A stretch of DNA of 64,000 bases from a virus (lineage: Duplodnaviria > Heunggongvirae > Uroviricota > Caudoviricetes), in the IMG/VR virus record IMGVR_UViG_3300042401_002002; one strand, given 5' to 3'. Numbering within the stretch: the first letter of the stretch is position 1; each line of letters opens with the position of its first letter. This document shows positions 46,327-53,918 of this stretch, in pieces. A program made the position numbers and the translations under genes. Under the pieces are notes generated by a model that saw only the letters and a list, made by a program, of their open reading frames with translations, was not told the DNA's origin and made no database searches.

Positions 46327-46620
46327 TCAAACAAATAAATTATCTATTACTTCAACTGCTTTTTGGTATAAATCATCTAGTGTCCCATCATTCTGAATGA
46401 TAATATCTTTTACAATACTACTGTATGTTGTTTCAGTTTCATGGTTTATGTTGTTTTCATTATCAGGTCTTTCAATTCCTATAATGTAACCATCTAATTC
46501 TCTAATTAACGTTTCTTCAGGTTTTAATCTTAAATCTTCAAGAATAAATGTTGTTTTGTTATTCTTTTCGATTTCTGCTTTTGTAACTCTTCTAAACCTT
46601 TCATCATCAGATACATATAA
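46327..46620 (-). pseudogene. Start-less C-terminal half of a dNMP kinase
   Basis: ...FILEDLRLKPEETLIRELDGYIIGIERPD...HETE...DIIIQNDGTLDDLY; no ATG or P-loop before the upstream in-frame stop. Confidence 0.7.
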
Positions 46621-46681
46621 TAGTAAATTTAGTTGTAAAAAGATAAAATCTTTATCTCTCTTGCAAAGGTAATTATTTAAA

Positions 46682-48406
46682 TTAACAATACAAAATTTTT
46701 ATACAACTTCTTTTAGTACTCATGCTACGTCTTTCTGTTACCCTACTCAACGAACCTCGCCATCTGCATTGCTTACCGAGGTTAAACAAGCTAGTCCACG
46801 TCATATTACTAATGTTCACATTTGAAACATCCTTCTTGTTCTCTTCGAGAACTCGTACCACGGTGTTCAAAGTACTTTCACTAATCAGTGGTAAACCTGT
46901 ACAGTTTTTTATAAATCTATACAATCCTCTTCGTCCTATCTCAATAGCACTATTAATAGGGTCGAAGTAATTGTACATCATATTTCCAATAAATGATGAA
47001 TAACTTGGTTGAACTTTAATCAATTCAATACCATATTGATTTGTTAACTTCGTTATCATCTCTTCGAGCAAACCTCTATTCCAAACCACTTTGGTTTGTC
47101 TGTTCGCTTCCTTGCCTTTTTTATTTACTTCTTTATCTTCTTTAAAATCCAAGTCTTCCATTACAAAACTTGAACATTTATAATGATTTGCTACGTTAAA
47201 GAGTTGAATTGTCATCTCTTTAATCTCATATTGTTGTTTGTTTTTATGATACAATCTTTCTTCTTTTGTTGCTTCCTGTGGAAGCTTCTTTGTAAAGAAA
47301 CTTAAATCATAACAGAACTTATGTATTACTTTAACAGCATGTTTACCATGTTCAATGTCTTCATTATCAAAATCACGTTCTAAAATTGACACACCTAGGT
47401 AACTAGGGTTCATGTCAATCGAAATACAACGACCTTCTATTTTGTTAGTTAACCTTAATTCTCTTTCTTTAATATGATGTTGATGACAAACAGTTTTAAT
47501 TAAAGTAGTTTGAACTTCTTTATCATTATATTTTTGTTTAATCTCTTTAATTTGTTGTTTCTTTTCAGTTTCATCTAACTTCCAACCGTACAATTTCTCA
47601 TCATCGTAAGAAATAGAAACTGTTTTATTTGAAACAAACAAACTTAAACTAATTGATTTAGTTTGAGATAACTCAACAAGTTTATTAATTAACCATTTTT
47701 TATTTTTAGGTACTGAAATAGTTAGATTAACTTTAGTACCATGTTTAGGTTTATAAACCAACAAACCTTCATTTAGTTTACTAAAGTCAAAGAATCTATT
47801 ACCTCTATAGTTTTTCTCACCAATTATAAAGAAAGACCTTAATCTTTGATTAGTGTACTTTTCTTTTTGTTTGGTTATTCTATCAAATAGTTCGGTTAAT
47901 TCAGTTTCAAGGTGTAAAATTTCAGTTTCATCAACAGAAGATGACAAGTAACTAATTAATTTATTATATTGATTATGAAGGTGTGTTAAATGTTGTAGGT
48001 TTTTTCTACCACCAAACACGGGTTTGTTATTTAATGAACTTCTTAACCTTGGTAATAACGTTTGTAATTTATGAACAGAATGTTTTTCTTTCTTTGTTAA
48101 CTCTTTTTTATCATTACGTTTTTTAAATAACTCATCAAGTTCCTCTTGTTTAGTTTCAATACGTTTAAGAAGTTTCTTTCTGTTTGTTTCGCATTGTTTA
48201 AAGAAAGTCTTAACTACAGTTTCAAGTGAACTATATTCTGTATCATTTAAACCAAATTCATTTTTAGTTTTATCATCATATTCTCTATTACCTGATATAT
48301 CCAAAGTTTTTAACATGTACCTGAAAGCATAGCCATGTTGTTTCATTTTGTCTTCGACAAAAGAAGCATCACTGTTATGAATAATAGGTAGTTTAAGAGA
48401 TAACAT
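46682..48406 (-). CDS. tnpB: Large TnpB-related RNA-guided nuclease
   Basis: VFGGRK, GNRFFDF; RuvC ISIDMNP, VMEDL, VQPSYSSFIGN, YFDPINSAIEIGRRG; paralogue of 37769-39385. Confidence 0.82.
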   Translation of the reverse strand: MLSLKLPIIHNSDASFVEDKMKQHGYAFRYMLKTLDISGNREYDDKTKNEFGLNDTEYSSLETVVKTFFKQCETNRKKLLKRIETKQEELDELFKKRNDKKELTKKEKHSVHKLQTLLPRLRSSLNNKPVFGGRKNLQHLTHLHNQYNKLISYLSSSVDETEILHLETELTELFDRITKQKEKYTNQRLRSFFIIGEKNYRGNRFFDFSKLNEGLLVYKPKHGTKVNLTISVPKNKKWLINKLVELSQTKSISLSLFVSNKTVSISYDDEKLYGWKLDETEKKQQIKEIKQKYNDKEVQTTLIKTVCHQHHIKERELRLTNKIEGRCISIDMNPSYLGVSILERDFDNEDIEHGKHAVKVIHKFCYDLSFFTKKLPQEATKEERLYHKNKQQYEIKEMTIQLFNVANHYKCSSFVMEDLDFKEDKEVNKKGKEANRQTKVVWNRGLLEEMITKLTNQYGIELIKVQPSYSSFIGNMMYNYFDPINSAIEIGRRGLYRFIKNCTGLPLISESTLNTVVRVLEENKKDVSNVNISNMTWTSLFNLGKQCRWRGSLSRVTERRSMSTKRSCIKILYC

Positions 48407-48643
48407 TAAAGAGATATTTTATTATAAATAGTATAAAGTTGAAAAAATAAATAAAAAATTCTATTTATTTAAATATTTTAATCCAGATATTACAATAATC
48501 TGGTATTTTAAGTTATTTTTTTAACATCTTTCTTTGTTTTTAATGGTTCTGGATATTTTAATTTTATATATTCCTCATGTGAAATTATGTTGCACATATC
48601 AGGAATAACGTGAAAACGTTCCTTTAACATAATATGAATAACT

Positions 48644-49552
48644 TTATATTTTTGAATATAATGAATTAACATTATATATACGTTTATAACCAACATCATG
48701 TTTTATATTATAAGTTTGGTTCATTAAGAATGTTCTGATACCTGATTGGTTTAATTCTTTAAAATTACTAAAGCAATCATCTAAAAAAGTATCACATTTT
48801 AATTGTTTTAAAATATCAACTTTACTTTTACCATTTGTCGTGTACACAGGTACACAAGGTAAATTATTTTTTGAAATCCACTCTTCTGTCCATGAAGATG
48901 GTATTGACCTAGATGTTACATAAAAATCAGGTTCAAATGTTAAGTTAGTTGTAATTGGTTTTATATTTAACCAAAATTCTTTATCATTTTTAATTTTATT
49001 CCATAAAACATTATATTCATACGGAAAGTTCCAGTGTGATTGGTCAAAACTATTATTAGTATTTATACCTTCTTTTTTAGCTAACTCAATAAATGAAGCT
49101 GAAAAGTCTGCTAAAACACCATCAATATCTAAACCTATTTTTTTATTGGATAAATATTTATGTTCCCTGTCATCAATAAAATTACTGTTTTCATACCCAT
49201 CAATCAAAAAACCAATATTACAAGCAGCTAATGCTAGATGATATAAACCTGATTCAGGGTCGAAATCTTCACCATTTTTATATGCTTCAATATGTCTAAG
49301 AAGTGAACCTATTGTTTCTGAAGCTTTTAACCCTTTTTTCCAATTATTAGAACCGTCAGAAATTATATTCCCGTCATTATCTTTAATACTATATTTATTT
49401 TTACCATATAATAACCCTTTAGATATTTCTCGTGTTAATGATGATGGTATTAGATTATAAGGTAATTTACCTTCGTTATATCTTAATCCTTTATTTTCCA
49501 TATATTTATTATTTAACAACACAAACCTACATTTTTTTATTTTAAAAAACAA
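48644..49552 (-). CDS. dATP/dGTP diphosphohydrolase-like (DUF5664) domain fused to a HAD nucleotidase-like domain (start probably 49501)
   Basis: RYNEGK...YGKNKY...NWKKG...SLLRH...DPESGLYHLALAACN; then LDIDGVLADF, TSR, K, LDD. Confidence 0.8.
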   Translation of the reverse strand: MFFKIKKCRFVLLNNKYMENKGLRYNEGKLPYNLIPSSLTREISKGLLYGKNKYSIKDNDGNIISDGSNNWKKGLKASETIGSLLRHIEAYKNGEDFDPESGLYHLALAACNIGFLIDGYENSNFIDDREHKYLSNKKIGLDIDGVLADFSASFIELAKKEGINTNNSFDQSHWNFPYEYNVLWNKIKNDKEFWLNIKPITTNLTFEPDFYVTSRSIPSSWTEEWISKNNLPCVPVYTTNGKSKVDILKQLKCDTFLDDCFSNFKELNQSGIRTFLMNQTYNIKHDVGYKRIYNVNSLYSKI

Positions 49553-49554
49553 AT

Positions 49555-49953
49555 TTAATCATCAAAATCTTCATTCATCATGTAAAGTAAGAAATTAAAC
49601 TCTGATAATGTTATTTTTTCTAAGTAAGGAAATGTTGTTCCGTGAAATGTTGTTTTATTGTCTATTGTAATGAATGAACCATTTGCCGAATATTTTTCAC
49701 CAGTTGTTTTTGATGTATAAATTACCAATATGGTAACTATTCTGTCAATATCTTCAGGTTTAGTGTCTTTTTTGTATATTTTAATATCATCTTTAACATA
49801 ATGAATCACACAACCTTCAAAATTATCATTTGTTAAATCAAGTTTTTCTTGTAACGAATTTTCAAAATAATCTTTCAACTTAAAAAAGTTGGTTATTGTT
49901 GGTACGTTTGGAGAAATCTTTACTATTCTTATTTTACTGTCTGTAATGGTCAT
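49555..49953 (-). CDS. Hypothetical protein
   Basis: ORF track, 132 aa. Confidence 0.65.
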   Translation of the reverse strand: MTITDSKIRIVKISPNVPTITNFFKLKDYFENSLQEKLDLTNDNFEGCVIHYVKDDIKIYKKDTKPEDIDRIVTILVIYTSKTTGEKYSANGSFITIDNKTTFHGTTFPYLEKITLSEFNFLLYMMNEDFDD

Positions 49954-49982
49954 AACATTTACATTTTAAATTCTTTGTTTAT

Positions 49983-50009
49983 AACGTAAATTTATATAAA
50001 ATGTTTCAA
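49983..50009 (-). promoter_or_regulatory. ECF-sigma-like promoter
   Basis: TTGAAACATTTTATATAAATTTACGTT. Confidence 0.55.
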
Positions 50010-50231
50010 CTATTTAAAAGAAAAACGATATTTTTAATGAATGGAGATAAAAAACCTTATGAAAAATCTTGCTTGATGCTTGATTTTAAAATAGATAACT
50101 GGTCTGAATTACTCAATAAAGTTTCTGATGATAAACTTTATAATGATGAAACTAATGATTTTGGTAAAGAAACTGAACCACATTGTACAGTTCTTTATGG
50201 GTTTAATCAAGGTAAAGAAACTATTAACTAA
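50001..50231 (+). pseudogene. 5' part of a 2H-phosphoesterase-like gene interrupted by IS607 (start probably MNGDKK)
   Basis: CLML...W...EPHCTVLYG (one HxT motif); the frame ends 20 nt inside the element. Confidence 0.6.
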
Positions 50232-50336
50232 TTTATTAACAAAAATTAATATTTACTACTATTTAAATTAAAATATCTTGACTTTATCATTTTATTTTAT
50301 TACATTTGTAAATCATTAAATTTAACCTAACATAAA

Positions 50337-50933
50337 ATGAATTACCTTCCTTCTAGGAAAGCTAGTCAAGTCCTTGGGTTACACCCAAATACTCTTAGAA
50401 AATATGCAGACAACGGAACAATACATACAATTAAAAACAACGCTGGTCAAAGACTGTATGACGTTCAGTCATACATCAACTTGTCCTTGTCTGTTGATGA
50501 ATTCGTGTGTTATTGTAGAGTCTCTTCTAAAAAACAACAAGATGATTTACAGCGACAAGTCGCTTACATGTCTTCCTTGTACCCTAACGCAACCATTATT
50601 CAAGACATCGGTTCAGGTGTCAACTACAAACGAAAAGGTCTTCAAACCTTACTGGAACGACTTATCAAAGGAGATAAGTTCACACTTGTGGTTGCCCACA
50701 AAGACAGACTTGTTAGGTTCGGATTTGAACTCTTTGAGTTCCTCTTTAACCAAAACAATGGAAAAATCTTGGTTCTCAACATTAACTCAGGAGACCCTCA
50801 GACCGAACTCACAAACGACATTCTCAGAATTCTGTACGATTACTCGTCCAGCGTTCCAAGACTTAGAGAGTACTATAATAAAATCAAGGAAGATTTCCCT
50901 GAATATAACAAAGAAACAGAAGAAAAAACTTGA
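50337..50933 (+). CDS. tnpA: IS607 transposase (MerR-like HTH plus serine recombinase)
   Basis: LGLHPNTLRKY...GQRLY; YCRVSS..Q..DL.RQ; DIGSG.N..RKGL; HKDRL.RFGF. Confidence 0.95.
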   Translation: MNYLPSRKASQVLGLHPNTLRKYADNGTIHTIKNNAGQRLYDVQSYINLSLSVDEFVCYCRVSSKKQQDDLQRQVAYMSSLYPNATIIQDIGSGVNYKRKGLQTLLERLIKGDKFTLVVAHKDRLVRFGFELFEFLFNQNNGKILVLNINSGDPQTELTNDILRILYDYSSSVPRLREYYNKIKEDFPEYNKETEEKT

Positions 50934-52011
50934 TGTTTGGTCTGGCGTTGCCAGATATGTTTACAACAGAACTGTTGATTATATTTCATTAAAAACCGGT
51001 TTCGGTGAACCACTTGAAAAATGGAATCTTGTTTTTAATGAAATTAACAAACAACTACCTGAATGGTGTAACACAACACCATATCAAATTAAAAAGATGG
51101 CTTGTAAAGATGCGTTCAAAGCAAGAACATCTTCTTTAGCTTTGTTGAAAAACAAAAAGATTAAGTTCTTTAAGTTAAACTATAGAACGAAGTTAAATAA
51201 AAACAATATGTATATACCAAAAGATGCAGTTAAATCTAAAGGAATATACCATACACTGTTAGGTGAAACTAAATTTAAAGAGAATCTTCCAATCATAGAA
51301 TATGATTGCAGGTTAATAGAAGAACATGGTGAGTACTTCTTATGTGTACCATACAAACAAACTATAGCTAAATTCAACAACCAAGAAGTGCTTTCAAAAG
51401 CTGTAGCTATAGACCAAGGAGTGAGAAGTTTTATAACTTATTACTCAGAGGATTCAGTTGGTAAGATAGGTAATGAAGACCATGTAATACTATTTAATCT
51501 TTGCAAACATATTGATGATTTAATATCAAAAACCAAGTTAAGTAAAGGGTTTAAAAACCGTAAAAAACGTAAGTCTTATAAAAAAGCAATGAATCGTTTA
51601 AAAGCAAAGTTACGCAACTTAGTTGATGAATTACACTGGAAGTCAATTAACTTTTTAGTTAATAATTACAATGTAATAATATGTCCTAACTTTAAAGTTA
51701 GCAACATGGTATTAGATGATGTTAAACGAAAGATAAGTAGCAAAACAGTACGCAACATGTTAAACTTTAGGTTTTATGTTTTCAAGCAACGCTTGAAACT
51801 TAAATGTAAAGAGAGAGGTTGTGTATTGATTGAAACAAGTGAAGAGTTTACAAGTCAGATAGCAAGTTGGACAGGTGAGAGAGTTAAAGACATAGGTGGT
51901 TCAAAAGAGATTAAAAGCGAAGGTGTTGTAGTTGATAGAGATTACAACGGAGCTAGAAACATATTTATCAAGTGTATCCAAGAGAACTTGGATACATCAA
52001 AGATAAATTAA
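50374..52011 (+). CDS. tnpB: IS607-associated TnpB (start uncertain; overlaps tnpA)
   Basis: ARYVYN, AIDQGVRSF, ICPNF, SEEFTSQ, DRDYNGARNI. Confidence 0.9.
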   Translation: MGYTQILLENMQTTEQYIQLKTTLVKDCMTFSHTSTCPCLLMNSCVIVESLLKNNKMIYSDKSLTCLPCTLTQPLFKTSVQVSTTNEKVFKPYWNDLSKEISSHLWLPTKTDLLGSDLNSLSSSLTKTMEKSWFSTLTQETLRPNSQTTFSEFCTITRPAFQDLESTIIKSRKISLNITKKQKKKLDVWSGVARYVYNRTVDYISLKTGFGEPLEKWNLVFNEINKQLPEWCNTTPYQIKKMACKDAFKARTSSLALLKNKKIKFFKLNYRTKLNKNNMYIPKDAVKSKGIYHTLLGETKFKENLPIIEYDCRLIEEHGEYFLCVPYKQTIAKFNNQEVLSKAVAIDQGVRSFITYYSEDSVGKIGNEDHVILFNLCKHIDDLISKTKLSKGFKNRKKRKSYKKAMNRLKAKLRNLVDELHWKSINFLVNNYNVIICPNFKVSNMVLDDVKRKISSKTVRNMLNFRFYVFKQRLKLKCKERGCVLIETSEEFTSQIASWTGERVKDIGGSKEIKSEGVVVDRDYNGARNIFIKCIQENLDTSKIN

Positions 52012-52087
52012 AGATACAAGGTTGATGTACCTTTATAATGCAGACTTAACGACTAAGGTTGTTAATAAAAGTTAGCGTTAACGCATC

Positions 52088-52270
52088 GGTGATTTTGCTT
52101 TTATTGATGATTTTTCACTTGAAGAATTAAAAGATGATTTAAAAGTTGAATCAGAACACACTGATAATATTGCTGAAGTTTTGGAAATAGTTTTGGACCA
52201 CTTAACTGAAAATAAAGAATATTACGTTAAACTTAAAGATGCAGGTTTAGCTGATGAATTAGATAAATAA
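52088..52270 (+). pseudogene. Start-less 3' gene part, DUF5661-like
   Basis: GDFAFIDDFSLEELKDDLKVESEHTDNIAEVLEIVLDHLTENKEYYVKLKDAGLADELDK. Confidence 0.65.
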
Positions 52271-52274
52271 AACT

Positions 52275-52309
52275 AAAAACCTCTACTTAATTATTAAGTA
52301 GAGGTTTTT
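52275..52309. terminator. Bidirectional intrinsic terminator
   Basis: AAAAACCTCTACTTAAT-T-ATTAAGTAGAGGTTTTT. Confidence 0.8.
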
Positions 52310-52313
52310 TATT

Positions 52314-52808
52314 TTAAATATAGTGGTGGATTGTTTTTAAAGGTTTATTTGTTAGTTCTTTTTTGTAATTAACAGCTTCATCTTTGTTGTCAAAATGAGT
52401 ATTTGTTTTATTCCACTCATGTTCACCACCTAATTTATATTGTAATTGATATTTAATTATGTTGTCAGTAAAATGTTGTTCAACCACTCTAAATTCAGTG
52501 ATATAAGTATTAAAACCGTCCTCGTGTGTTTCAACCTCTATTTCATTATCTTTATGTATTTCAACTTCTATTTCATCAGTTTGAAATGTTTCATTTAATT
52601 CATCTTCATTAGGGAAATAATCTACTTTTGAAATTGTAGGTGAATTTTTAGATATGAATTTTTTAATTTGAACTAAAGCTTCGTGATAAGTACTGTAACT
52701 ATCATTAATTACTTTCCAACCAAATTCACCTTGTAGGAAAAATGGTACGTATAAAATAGTACCATTTTCTTTGGTACGTTCTTCGATTTTGTATTGTGCA
52801 TTATTCAT
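52314..52808 (-). CDS. Hypothetical protein with two internally repeated domains
   Basis: YKIEER...Y......W...Y...EA / FRVVEQ...Y......W...F...EA. Confidence 0.7.
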   Translation of the reverse strand: MNNAQYKIEERTKENGTILYVPFFLQGEFGWKVINDSYSTYHEALVQIKKFISKNSPTISKVDYFPNEDELNETFQTDEIEVEIHKDNEIEVETHEDGFNTYITEFRVVEQHFTDNIIKYQLQYKLGGEHEWNKTNTHFDNKDEAVNYKKELTNKPLKTIHHYI

Positions 52809-52834
52809 TCTTATATTTAGTTTTGTTAATTAGT

Positions 52835-53329
52835 TTAATAACTTGAGATTTTTCCGTCAATGTAATCTTTAGCTGTAGGGTTTTCTTCTAAATAAGTCAT
52901 TAGAATATGTGGTGACCCATCACATTTTTCATTTAAAACTTTATTTAAACGTTCTTTATATTCATTAAAAAGGTAAGTTGCTTTATTGAATTGTCTTGTG
53001 TTTAGTTTAACATCGCTCTCAATAAATGTTTGTTGAGGTGTGTCATTTTCAACTTCTTTTTCATTTGAATATGTGAAGGTTACAACTTCTTTTCCTAAAT
53101 TAAACTTTTCAGACTGTGAATTTTTAATTAATTCAAGTTCGTTTTCTGAAATTAATTCAGGTTTGTTTTTAATAATTTTACCAATAGTACTCTCATTGAA
53201 TTCAATAATAGAATCTAAAATATTTGTTTCTGTATAAGTGGGTAACATATTTAGACTTTTTAGATTGGTAAAGAATTCGATTTGTTCAGTAATTAATGTA
53301 TCTAATACATCTTTATTTAAGTTTTCCAT
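52835..53329 (-). CDS. Hypothetical protein
   Basis: ORF track, 164 aa. Confidence 0.7.
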   Translation of the reverse strand: MENLNKDVLDTLITEQIEFFTNLKSLNMLPTYTETNILDSIIEFNESTIGKIIKNKPELISENELELIKNSQSEKFNLGKEVVTFTYSNEKEVENDTPQQTFIESDVKLNTRQFNKATYLFNEYKERLNKVLNEKCDGSPHILMTYLEENPTAKDYIDGKISSY

Positions 53330-53333
53330 TATT

Positions 53334-53894
53334 TTAAAATTTAAAGAAGTTTTTTAGTTTAGTCATAAAAGAAATGTTAGATTTCTTATTGAAAGAATTA
53401 TCTAAACTTTCTATTTTAGGTTTTTTGATTGAATTGATTATATTATCAACTTCTTCAAGTGAAATATCTTTAACGTTGTTTTTAATTTCTTCTAATTTGT
53501 TTTTTAGAATTGATTGGTTTTCTGTTAAATAATCATTTCTTTCATCAGGTTCTGCAACAATGTGTTTTTTTACTTTATAGGTAAACTCTACACCATTTTC
53601 ATCAGTTTTACCATCTTTCCAGGTTTTCTCACCTTTAGAAAGTTCGTAATCTACATCTTCTTCCTTCTCACCTTCTTGAATATCAAAAACAGAAACAATC
53701 TTCTTATTTTTGTTGATTTCATCAAATTTTTCTGAATTATCAGCAACACCTTTCCAGATTCTTAATTTTTCATTAAGTTCTTCATCTTCTCCGTTAGTTG
53801 CTAGGAATCTTCTTAAATCTTCAGTTGTAATTCTGAATTGTTTTTTCTGAACCTCTTGGGTGATTTCAATATCAGTTGTTATTTTTTCAAACAT
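53334..53894 (-). CDS. Hypothetical protein
   Basis: ORF track, 186 aa. Confidence 0.7.
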   Translation of the reverse strand: MFEKITTDIEITQEVQKKQFRITTEDLRRFLATNGEDEELNEKLRIWKGVADNSEKFDEINKNKKIVSVFDIQEGEKEEDVDYELSKGEKTWKDGKTDENGVEFTYKVKKHIVAEPDERNDYLTENQSILKNKLEEIKNNVKDISLEEVDNIINSIKKPKIESLDNSFNKKSNISFMTKLKNFFKF

Positions 53895-53918
53895 TATTAT
53901 TTTGTTAATTAATATTAA

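Larger units (their letters stand above)
50211..52089 (+). mobile_element. IS607-family element (tnpA serine recombinase plus tnpB)
   Basis: GG core at 50211-50212 and 52088-52089; TTTATTAACAA at the left end and inverted at the right end; removal rejoins the flanks in frame. Confidence 0.85.

Noticed and set aside
48508-48699. 63-aa ORF as the missing 5' half of the dNMP kinase
   Set aside because: No P-loop, and it has its own stop and a downstream hairpin.
50213-50336. IStron (group I intron) at the IS607 left end allowing splicing of the split gene
   Set aside because: Only about 125 very AT-rich nt precede tnpA, too short for a group I core.
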